NCBI GenBank assembly: GCA_000708835.1 | Contig: DF237110.1 | Span: forward strand, 62,001 to 126,000 | DNA from: Klebsormidium nitens | Taxonomy: Eukaryota > Plantae > Klebsormidiophyceae | Reading direction: 5' to 3' | Length of the DNA stretch: 64,000 bases | In this document: piece after piece, positions 24,401-36,400 of the stretch | Numbering within the stretch: position 1 is the stretch's first letter | Layout of the letters: every line of letters begins with the position of its first letter | Position numbers and translations under genes: made by a program | Notes under the pieces: generated by a model | Seen by the model: the letters and a program-made list of their open reading frames with translations, nothing else | The model's database searches: none | What the model was told of the DNA's origin: nothing

Positions 24401-27400
24401 TCTGTTCTCTTTTCTAACATTGGTTTTAGAATTTTGTGTCTGGATCCCTAAAACTCGAAGAAAGCGAAGGACTGCCCCGCCCAAAGCAACTGGATCTATT
24501 TGTGAATCCTTAAAAGGGCCCCACCTGCTATGCTTGTTCGTGCACTGGGGTGTTGGTAATGCTGAAGGTAGAGTGGTGAACAGCACTGACCCGCATTGCT
24601 CCATCAAAGGTTCCGGGATAAAGCGGCGTTTGAAATCGATTTGGACGCGTCTGGTGCTGGGGAAGTTCTTATCATTGTACTTGACGTATGCTGACGTGCA
24701 AAGCAGTCAAAACGCATCAGTAGTGGGCCCAGTCGACTGACAGCTGCGCAGCAAGAGAATCGAGGGACGAGGTAAAACGAACTTGCGTGATGAGGTTGGG
24801 CTGCATGCTTTTTCGTTGAGCATCTCTAAGGATGAAAACTTGCTGTATCTTGCAGGTGCCTCGGAAGCTGCTCCTCCAAGTGCATGCGCTGGCCCACTAC
24901 AACAGCGTCCATTCCAGCGAGTCCCCGGTGGACCCCGGCGTATTCAGTTTCGTGGCTGCGTATGAGAGTCCCGTCCTGGCTCTGCAGAGGGACCTCGAGA
25001 CGATCGGCCCCCGAGTAGGCGAGGTAAGGCAACACTTTTCCACTTCTAGATGTTTTCGGAATGTAGACGAGCGAGAGATGCAGAAAAGAAGTCAACGGTG
25101 TTGTCTGCTTCTGCTTATGGATACTCGTGATGCCGCCAAGTCGGAGTAGGCGGGTGTGTTGGTCAGCAAAGTCGCAACAACGCGTTGTCTCGATGTTGCA
25201 GTGGACTTTCAACTTATGGAATAGCAGATGCAGGTGAGCAGACTGAGAAGGGGTTAAAGAATGCTCAGAGCGCTGTCCCGGGATAAGCCGCAGTTGTTCT
25301 CGATTATACTAGGCCAATTGTCTCTCTACCACTTTCTTCTTAGTGTTCTGACACCGTTTCGACGTTCTGCCATTTTCAACGTATTGCTGAAGGCCTGCTG
25401 TCTGTGTCTATTTGTCAAGATTCAAAGCTAGTATCGCCCCGTCTTACTTGAATTCGTCCAACCATGCGCAGGTCCTCGACGCGATCGCCCCCCAGCTCCT
25501 CTCCCTCCTCAACATCGAGACAGTCCGTCAAGACGGCGTCCTCAGCCCCTGGCCCAAGGAAGGCGACGAGGCACCAGTCGACCTCCCAAGCGCACAGAAA
25601 CAGTACAACGCCTCACCAGCAGTGAAACCAAAGGCCTTGTTGCCGTCCGAAAGCACCCCGATCCGTGGCGTTCTACCTAGCACCCTCGACAAGAACAGGG
25701 CGGGAACGGCATCCGACCACATGGATGAGAGCATGGGCGAAGTGAGTGGCGCGGCTCTTGAGGCGAGCGGTCCCGCACTGGAAGGGCGGTTGAGCCGGTT
25801 AGCACTAGGCAGAGAGGAGAGCGTCGCGTCGGGTGTGAATAGCCCTCTGCCGCCCATAGGAGTCGGGAACCCCGAGCAAGAAGGATCGACGCCGGAACGG
25901 CCCCGCCCGGAAGAGGGCGGCGCCGAGGGGGTGATGTCCAGCGGAGGGGCAGTAGGGGCAATCGGGGCCGCAGAACCCCCCAGCGGAACCGGCCAAGATT
26001 CAAATTTCGGGGGGGACGAAAGTGCTGCGATGAGCCCGGGGGGGCAAGAGGCCCAGTCTGGCAGTCAGTCGGTAACGCAGCCCAGCCCAGTAGACTTTTC
26101 GAAGATGGGACTTTGGATGGGCGACCGGGGGTCGGAACGACCGGGAGAAGCGTTGCAGGCGGAGGGGCTGAAGAGTTACGAGGCGCACCTGCAGTGGGTG
26201 TGCTTTGGGTTTTTGGCGTGCCCGGCGGAGCTGGCCAGGGGGGTGCCCCGCAGCGATCTGAGGGCGAGGCTGGTCGGGGTGAGTCGCTTGCTGTTTTGAT
26301 GAGGTCGAAACATTTGCACGTGCGAAACGCAAGCAGCTTGTGCAAGAGCAGATGGAGAGGTGTATGAGTCGATGTTCGAGATGCTTGATGGTCAGATATG
26401 CGGCGATTGGACTCTCCGGAAAATTGCAAGGCCCCTTAAGCCAGGGCTGACGATCCTAGCCGTTTTGCCAATTCCCCCGCTTGGTTTGTCTCCAACAATG
26501 CCGGACACACAGGGGTCTCAGGAGTCGGCTTTGCATTTGCTTCTTTAAAAGTACACGAGTTACGAGCCGGATGATATACATCTCGACGCTTTCTTCGTCT
26601 TTGCGCTTAGCTACTTGGATACACAGCAAACCAAGTGCACACACGTGTTCCTCGGTACCATTGCAGGCCGTTCTAAGCCAAGCGTTCCTGGTGCCGCTGT
26701 TCCGCAACGAGTGCATATACGTGCACGAGGAGTATGCGCAGTACGTTCTGCCGAGGTTGGCGGACCTGGAAAAGCAGGCCAAGTCGCAGAGGGGGGACGT
26801 TGACGAGGAGCGGGCGGCAAAGGCTGCAAGAAAGGCCATCAAGTGAGCGGTTCAGGAGCTTCGCTTCCTGCACATCTCTAAGCGGACTTGCGGAAGGCCG
26901 TATGTTGAAGGAGTCCACGAGGCAACAAGATTGCTGGATGTTGAGATAAGGCATAAGAATGAAGCCCATGACCTGCCAGAAACGCCTTCCCAGTCGCTTA
27001 AGCGGGTTTTGGATTTGCCACCTCCTGGACCAAAATCATCGTTCTCCCGAGCGCCGCAGAACGATCACGTGGAGCGCACCTTCAAAGCTTTTGAACGCCG
27101 GGCTGTGCTTTCTTCACTGCCAGCTTTTCCTTGTTGGCGGCGTTTTGCATGACGCTTTCAAACCCCGTCATTGCTTTGACAACTGACAAGAGACGCTCGT
27201 CCGTTATCATCCTTAGTTCCATTCACTACCTGATTCCCCTCTACTTCGCGGATCTCAAAGTTCCAAAGGCCTTCAATCAGCTCCTCAAGATTCACATGAA
27301 AGCGGTTGCGTCTGCAGGAACGCGGCGGACGGAGTCGCCGCCAGCTGCGGGCCTATCCACCGGGAGCGGCGAGTGGTGTTGCACGAGGAGCTGGAGAAGC

Positions 27401-30400
27401 TGGCGACCGCGTTCTCCGAAGTCCCCGGGCTGCTGCCTCAAAAGGTCGAGGTGGGTCGCCTACGGAGCTGAAGAATTAGAAGGTGCTCATTGAAGGCGTT
27501 GGTAGTGTTCTTTGCACTGTCGAGAATTAAGCAAGCCAGAGCAGTTGATTGATGCTTCTCCCTCTGCGAATGCCGAGCCTTTGGAGTCGACACCGCTTGA
27601 AGCACAGCTACAGTATTTTCGCTTCCTTAGGGAGCTTCTACCACGCAGCATTAAAGTTAAATAAACCTGTCCATCCCCAAACACTTGAAAGTTCATCCAC
27701 TAGACCGATTCTGATGCCATCTTGTCCAGAATCTGTCTCCTCTCATTCCTAAGACGTGCTCCACGCTCCGATTTGATTCCGCGGTTGGTAATATGCAGCA
27801 GATCCGGTCATTCACACTTCTTGCCATGGACATTTATGGTCATCCAACTTTGACACTCTGCCGTCATTTGTTCGCGGAATCAATTCTGTGCCTTTTCAGA
27901 ACGTATTGGGCGCCCTCAGCCTGGCCCGCACCGAGCTCCACTGGCACTTCCACCACCTGGGCGTGCCGGCCAAAGCGCGAGCGGGCCGCATTCTCATCCC
28001 GGAGGGAGTGCCCGACGCGACGGTCGGCTCGCTGCTGAGCGTCACGCAGAAACTGGCGGCCGTCGTCAAAGAATACCGCAAAGGTATGGCGCCGTGCTGG
28101 AAACCCCCCGTTCTTCTTGTCACTCTGACTTCGCTTTGGCGCCAGTCAATCTGCGAATGTTGACTTTCACCAGTTTTCAAGTCCAGAATGTTGTGCAGCG
28201 CCGCTGGACGTTGTATGCTGTGGGCGCAGATTTTGGCATCCAGTGCGTTTCGAGACTCGAGTGCATCCTCTTGTTCTGCGAGCAGAAAAGAACTCTGGAA
28301 TTTCAAACTCTTGAACAGGGACCGCGAAAAATGCTCTTGGCTTGCTTGGCATCAAAATTTCCTTTTCTCGCCTCTGTCCAATGAGAACGGCAACGCATTC
28401 TCTTGACCACGTTCGACGTTCTTCCCGTACATTTATTTATCAAATAATCAGACAAAGGACCCTCTCAATTTGCTTTTGAACATATCTTGTGACGGAGACC
28501 TTCGTAGCGGATTATTAGCACACCCTACCCCACATTGCACCTGACAGCAACAGTGGCCCTGACAAAGCCACAGAGCAGTAGGGGAAACAGGTAGATGATC
28601 GCAGAGCAACGAACTGACGAACAGCAGAAAGCAGATGGTTTTCTTGAAGAATGTGCTCAGGCTAATGATACCACATTCCCGTCAACGTTGCAGCGATCCG
28701 ATCCTACGCGGCGTCAAAGTTGCTGGAAGCCCGGGAAAGGGTGCAGTTCTTCAGCGGCCTTGCTTTGGCGGGCCTGGACGTGGACAGCACGCTCAAGAAG
28801 CTGCTGAAAGAGTTAGCGCCGGGTTTGGAGGAGGATTACTTGACAGAGCTGGTCAAGGGGGGGTCTGCGGCCGGGAGCCTACAGGTGAGTGCCATCGACT
28901 TTCATTTTCGTTCTTGATTTGCAACAAGTCTTACGCCTGGGTTACTTTCGTTTTTGGTTTGGTACTTAAAGTTGCAGAAAACGGGCTCATCGGCACGACT
29001 GGCCATGTATAAATGCAGAAGCCTTCCGTTGCAAAGCACAAACCGACCCCTTACATAAAAGCTCTCAGAGCGCTCTTGGGACTTTGCATACGTCCTGTCC
29101 TTGAGGCTCTTCCACGTTATCCTGGCCCCCTCTCCCGGTTTCGCTTCAATCAAAATCAAACGACAAGTACTCTGCCGCTCTTTTTTCTGCCGGTGTTCAG
29201 CACTTTCTCACTGCGCTATTGTCCATCTCAACCATAGGTCGTGACAGTGGTTTGATAGAGAACGCTCTCGTTGCAACCAGGCAGCCTGTCGCTTGACCAA
29301 AAACGACACTATTTAATCATGTCCACACTTGGGGAAATCAAACGGCAAGCCTGATTCTACTCCATTAAATTGCTGGTCCATCAAACCCGCCCTTAACCCT
29401 TCGTTAAACCCGCAGGCCTTCCAGCGGACCTGGATTCGGACGCTGGGCTTGCTGTCCAACTCCAAGTCGTCCGTCAACCTGCGGCACCTCGAGCTTGCCA
29501 CGTCACAGGGCATGGTTCCTGGGCTCGCTCGAGAGTGCAACCGGGCGTATCAGCTAGCACGGTGAGCTGCCTTCTAGTTGGTCGAATGCGGCTGTATTTG
29601 TTTGGTGACTTTCAAAGAACTCAATTGTCATGGAACACTTGTTTCATATGCTGGGTGAGTCCAGATACAGTCCGCATTCGGTGCACTCAGCAATTCTGAA
29701 GCAAGCACATGTTAAGCGAATGAAAGACGGGAATCTTGAGTCGTGATTCCCAATAGAGTCTCTCTTGCTGTGCAACGGGCAGCTTTAAGGCTAGTAGTGT
29801 GTCCCCACGGAAATTGTCGCAAGGCACGAAGTTTGGCTTAGAATGAACGCTTGGCAGATACCTTCTATTAAATCAAGGTCAATGTGAATATTACAATCGA
29901 AAAAACACCTGAGGAGAATCCTGGAGACGTCATGTTGCTGACATGACCACAGCGTCACTGGTGCTGACGTCATCTGGCTTTGGCAGGTGTGTGGACGAAT
30001 TGGACGCGTTGTTAGACGAGAGCAGCTCGCTCAAGGTCCTGCACTTTTACCAGCCGAAGCTGCTCCTGGTAGGTCATGCCTTGCGCTCATACATCGCTAA
30101 TTGTGCGATCAAGCGAGTCAGACATGGCCTCGGAGAATGTTCCTGTGTCCGCCCGGCTTTTATGCTCGAAAGGCACTGGTCCCCCAGTAGATCTGTTGAA
30201 TTCCTCACATGTTACAGACAGGCTGTCTATGTTGAAGCAAACAGAGTCGCGAGCGGAGCGGCATTCTTTTTGCGGGAGTCTGTATACATTCGTTTCGGAC
30301 GACCACAAGTTCACAGATAGCCACCTTCAGCCGGGTGTTGGGAGTTGTCTTAACCCCTCTCAATCTAAATCTAGGAATCTACTTGGTAAGACCCTCCGCC

Positions 30401-33400
30401 CGCCCTGCATGCGGACTGAAACATAAAGGCGACAAAGCGAAACCCGTACCCGGTTCTCCGGCCTGCAGGTGCTGCAGCAGACGCTGTACGACCCTCAAGG
30501 CTTCTGCGAGGACGCGTGCGCGTGGCTGCGGCTGGCGGACGCCTTCCCGCAGAACGCCCACAAGTCGGTACCCCAAGAGCTTCCCAAGCTCGCAGTGGCA
30601 GCCGTGGAGTACACCGAGAGCGTTTTAGAGTTCCTCATGGCCGGCCTGCAGAGTATGGTCGGCGCGCTCGATTCGGAGAGCGGTTGGGCAGGCCTCGACC
30701 GACAGGTAGGAAACCCATTGGTGCTTGAAAGAAAAGAAGTCTCCGGCGTTTGCCATTCTCATCTGCTCGGGTGCTGGTTTCCGAAGCAAAACCCAATGTG
30801 TGACCATTCTGCAATCTTTCCTTAGCTCCTGGCCAGGCCTGCTTTTGGAGCAGATGCGTTTCGAGCTTAACATCCAGCCTGTCAGCGCGTTTACTTGAAC
30901 CGCTTCCTTGACCCCTTGAGCGTTTGGATTTCGCCTTTATTTCTCCGTCAATTGGCTTTGACGAGCGCAACGAGCGCCCATCTTCCGACTGTTTCTTTGT
31001 TGCAAATCTTAGCAAAGGGCACCTTTCACCGCGTCCTAGTCCTTAGTCCTAGTCCTTAAACGTTTCAAATACCCCCCTCCTTTTCTGGTGTATTACCCTG
31101 TGACAATCACAAATCCGCTCACCTCCCGTGTCTCTCTACTTTGCAAATCTCAGCAGAGCGCGCTTTTCACGGTTGTTCTGCCTCCTTAAACATCCTGACA
31201 TCCCTACTTGTACGGTTCAATCCGCTTCGACACAATTCAAAGAGCGCCCATTTCACCGCTTCCTACCCCTTAAGCATTTGAGGTCCCCTCTCTTTTCCGC
31301 TTCAATCCGCGTGGACGGCTACAAAGATGCGCGCCCATGTTCCATTCCCCCTTTTCTCAGCAGAGCGCGTGTTCCACCGCGTCCTTCGCCCCTTAGCTTT
31401 CTGCAAATCCCTCCACTTTCCATTACGGATCTCAGTTGAGCGCACTTTCCATGCCCTTCTTAATCCGCTTCTCCACTTCCGCTTTAGTCCGCTTTAATCC
31501 ATACAAAGAGCGCTCGTTTTCCTCGCAGACCTGAGCAGAGCGCGCCGTCCATGGCTTCCTTCACTCGCCTCATCTCTTCCATGTTAATCCGCTCCACGCA
31601 CACAAATAGCGCCCTTTTACATGCAGATCTCGGCAGAGCGCGCCGTGTTACGGCTGACCCTCGCAGCCCAGGCCAAGAGCAGCAAGCGGCGCTCCACCCC
31701 CAAAAAGGAAGACCTCCAGCTGTCCCAACAACAGCCGGGCTTCGAGAGCGACCCTTCTGCGAGCGATGCTGTCCAGGGGATCGAGGTGGCGGTGCAGCGG
31801 CTGACGTCATTCGTGGCGGAGCTCGGGAACATGGGCCCGGTCAAAGTCATGGACCGCGTGTATGCGCCTAGGGAGGTGAGGGGAGCGGAGGGGTTTAAGA
31901 TTGGATAACGTCAAAGCGTCGGTACTTGTTGGACTTGTGATCAACGGACCTGTTGGGAGACTTCACGTGTTTTGAGAAGGGAAAAGGCGCAGCAGGAGTT
32001 GGTTCACTGTTCTTCCGAGATAGTCAAGTTGAAGGCTCGCTGAATATCTTATCTCGGCTGATTTGGAGCGCGGACAAACGATTGCCCTTGTCTATACGAC
32101 CGCCCTCCTCATCCGTACCTTGCTCCCGGCTAAGTTGCGTAGGAGGCTAAATTGTTTCGTTGAGCCTAGTTCAGATTGAAAGTCCGTGAGATACCTGATC
32201 ACACCATTCGCCTTTCTTCGTAGAGTTCAGTGTGTGGTTAGTCCATTCCTCCAATCTTGGCCTCGGGTCTATCTCAAACATCCAATTGACCTTGAACTTT
32301 TTTGGCAATGCCTGTTCGGTTTTGTTCGTTCAAAGCTGAAAAATAAAAGCTCTGCCCTTTCTGTACCTGTGCGAGCGCCTGCGCAATGTGTCCAGCCTCA
32401 ACGCAGTCGTTGCAAACCTTGGCGTCCCCCTTAACCCTGACCGTTAAACATCTTTTTCCAGTACTTGCGAGAGCGCCTGCACAGTATCATCAAGGCCGGG
32501 TTACAAGAAAACTACCTCGCGGGACTCAAGTCCTTCCGGCCGCCCCAGCTTTTGGAAAACGACCTACGGCGCTTCGAAGCGATCCTGCAGCTCATCGGCC
32601 GCCACGTCAGCATTGACGTCACCCGCGTCCTGCGCGAGGTGCTCCTCAGCGAAGCGTACACAGAGTGAGTACTTTATCGAAGAGCCAACACTTGTTCAAA
32701 ACGGCGGAGAGCTGGTCTTTGACTCTTGACCGGGAGAGTCATGAGTGCGCCCACCCAAACTCCTCTTCTTAATGAGCGCATCGTAGCACGCTTCCAGAGA
32801 TTGCTCAAAATGTTTGTTGCTTGCTCAACGCTTACTGTCCACAGGGATGCCTCTTGTTTCAGGGACCTTCGGACGACTCTCTCTTAGAACTCCTCCAAAC
32901 TCTGCTGACGTTCAAGGTACCCTGCCAGTCAGCAACATAGGCATTCGCCCTTGCTTTCCTGGTCGCTTTGCGGTCCCGTCAGGAGCAGGCCATCGAAGCA
33001 CCGCATCCATTGGTCCGGCAAAACAACCCACACAACCCTGACATGCTCCGTGCCCTCTTCAATAGACATTTACAAGAAACTGAGCATCGATTCAGCGAAT
33101 TTTGCTCCCATGCTGTGCAGTCGGATGCGCGACCTCCAACCGCCTGTGTCGAAGAAGGATGCGGCCGGGGAGGGGCCCAAGGCGGTCGCGGCTGTTATTG
33201 CTGACTGGTGAGCAAGGCAACTTTGAGATCCGTCTACGAGAAGGAAAAAGAGAAAGGGCAACAGCCTTAATGCCTGATTTTGGCAGGCAATCTGGCGTTG
33301 TTTTGACGGCTTGGTTGAGCATTGAATGGAGCGTCGAAAACAGTGTTTACAAGCGTTGGGTTCCGGCATCTGAACGAACGGCAGGGTCAAAATGTTGATC

Positions 33401-36400
33401 AAGCATATGCTGAGGTTTGAAATTGGTGGGTGCCCTACGCTTTGGAGTCGCAGTACCTGATCCGGGTGCTCGAGTGAAGCCGCGCCTCCATCCAAATGCG
33501 TCCGTGAACACTTTTTGCAAAGCGGGTTCTTGCCAGCCCCTGCTTTACTCCTTGGTTGCGGTCAGTATGTACGAGAAAGAAAGCTGACTAAGAGCCCACC
33601 GAAAGCAGACAGACTTCATCACACTAAGCAGGTGCTCACCTTCGCGAAAATCAGCTGTCGAATCTGCATCGCAAGAGCATCTCAATCATCGCAGGAGCAT
33701 CTTATCATCGACTGCATCGCAAATCCTCGTATTGTGCAGCTTTTACCTCCAAGCAGAGCAGCATTGGCCCTAACCTTGTGGTCTGCCACTCCTTGCAGGT
33801 ACATTGACTTCATCGTCCTCGATCTTCGAAATGCGGGCATCATCTATTCTCAGTCGACGAGCGGCTTCACGACGGGAGGCCACTCGACCGCCTTGGTTGA
33901 GCAGGTCGGTCGCTAGCTGCGATTTCGTGACTGCCCTGAGTTGTTAAAAGATGTGCGGGACTTGTTTTCTAGCTTAATCATCGGTACTCTTCCGGACAGC
34001 TTTTGACAACTATCCTTAGTAATCTTGTGACAAGTAGCACCCTGGGAACAAAGATGGCTTGTACCTGCAGTGAAGTTGTTTCTAAGTGTCTGCTCTTTAT
34101 CTCGTGGCCCTCTTCTCCAACCCTAGCGCATCCCACACCGACGCTCACAAGTCCACGTGTCTAATCATCAGCCGACTCAAAGCGTCAAAGCCTTCAACCA
34201 CCCATTCCTGTGCGTCGCCATTATAGCAAAAGCTCTACCCGACCGAAGATTGAAAGTCCTTTCCGCAATCTTGAGCAGGTGACGCGCTTGGAAGCATTCG
34301 AGTCGCTGCTGCGGGTCTTCGGACCTTACGGAGCGGACCGGTTGATCGCCAAAACGTACGAAATAACGACGCTTGCCATCCTCAGCCTGGAGGTAAGTGA
34401 TTTTGTCAAAGGCTTGATCGCTCTGAATCCGTCTCGTTTACCTTCTAGTTTCGAGCCCGCTGACAGCATCTTGCTCGTGATTTTCCCGCTGTTTTTCCAT
34501 CGAGAGGATCCAACGGGTCACTCGAACATCCCCCGTCCGCAATGGACAGGAAGCCCTATTCCCGCGAGCACCAACGTGCACCAGATGTCTCACCGAGTGC
34601 GGGGTCAGTCGTAGGCCGCCAATGTCTTTTTCTCTTGGACTTCGACGTTGCCCCTCTTTTCGCACTGGGGCGGCTCGGCAGGAATTTTCTCTCGTACGCA
34701 TCACCCATCTTCTTCTGAATATATTGATGTCTCTCCCAACTTAGTCATCTTTGCTCCCGAGATGCTTTCCTCTCCTTCCGAAGAGTGCGTGCTGGACTAG
34801 TCCATCTTTCCGTTCCCCAGCACTCGGAAATCGTCACGACCTTGTTTGTTCTAGTAAGAGAGAAAGCTTTGAAGCCTTTGTAATGTTACGCCTTGTCAGA
34901 AAGCTGCTTTACACAATGACCGGCGTGCTTGCAGGCTACTATTCGCAAGGAACAGCCGGTCCTTCAGGAGCTGCAGGCGAACTTCCATTTTCCGGAGAAG
35001 CGGGCCAGGCTGCTCTCTAGAGTCACAGGTACATAACCCGCACCCTAACCCTTTATCTCACCAGTCTGCTCATTCTCGATTGGAAGGCTTGCCTACTCTT
35101 GTTGACCTCTACGTTGGAAATGGTGGTTCGCCGTAGAGTTGGCGGCTTATGAGTTGGACACGACACAGCGTTTGCGACGTCTTTTTGGCCAACTCTCTCG
35201 CGATTCTCTCTCAGCAAAACAGCATGCGACGGTATCCTCGGGATCGGCTCTGATCCTGCATCGCGTATCTGAAATGCGCACCAAGCATTGTCTTGACCTC
35301 GGCCACAAACGCCATATCTGTTTAAAGACAGTTGTTCCCAGCATTCATAGGACCGTCAAGAAAACCCGCTCCAAACACGCTCCGACGAAGACCCTCTCCT
35401 AAACAGGTAGTGAGAACCCTGTACCGGCTGATAACCCTTTTCAACTTAGCTTTAGTGTCCTGGAATCCAGCTCGCCCTGTATTGAAGCACAAGCGTCAAC
35501 CAGCATTTGAATCAGAGCAAACCAACCCGTCACCGCCAATTTCCTCTGTATATTCTATGAGCCCGGCCAAAGTTTCTGAGTATCGAGATGGTGTACAAAG
35601 GAAAAATACCATGTCGGCCCGAAATTCTGGCTTAACACCGACACAACGCTCTCTAACCCGAGACAAAACCCCTTTCCCCCAGGTATCGAGAACGTATACG
35701 CGCTGACGACCCAGGTCGGCCAGTGCATCTCCCTCCGGGAGCAAGTCGCCGACGCGTGCGCCGCCGTCATGAAGCAGCATGCGCCCCTTATTCACACCGT
35801 CCTGGGGGACGCCGTGCGGTGTCTCCCGCCCCCTCTTCTCCCGGAAGGTGTTCACGCGGCCCGGCTGCGGCGGGTCGCGCACAAAGTCGGGGCCGCGGAC
35901 CGGGGGGACGATCCGCTCGTGTATCAGGCGCTGACTGGGCTCGGGAAAGGTGGGTTCGGGCCGCAGTGACTAGTGGCTTGTTGCTTTGCTTGAAAGGGAG
36001 AGCGGTTTGGTCGGAACCCTTTTGTTCGTTTCTTATAGTTGGACCCTTCAGTAACTTTAGAAGTGGGGATGGACATCTTGCCCGACAGAGAGGTTGGAGC
36101 TGGTGCTTCTTTTTCTTGCTCTGCCGTCTTGTGAAAGGCTCTGTCAAGCGCGAGAATCGACAGAGCTCAGAGCTATGAATAACTCCCTGCCACGTCGACT
36201 TTGAGGCCTCGTACGTTGTCAGCGCCCCTGCCCATTGTGGACGACAACATCAAAGGAAGGGCTGCTAAGCAAGGACTGTACGTCTGTTTTCTCATGTCCC
36301 GACGCCGGAGCGTATTCACACCCCGCTTTCAATCTGCTTGGCAGTCGGCGACGCAACCTGGCGGCTGCTGCCCGTCCTCTGGGCGACCTGCACCGGCAGC

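Noticed and set aside
25677-26429. 250-aa - strand ORF; likewise 21541-22056 and 40081-40803
   Set aside because: Antisense shadows of GC-rich low-complexity exons of NAP1 and SNM1.
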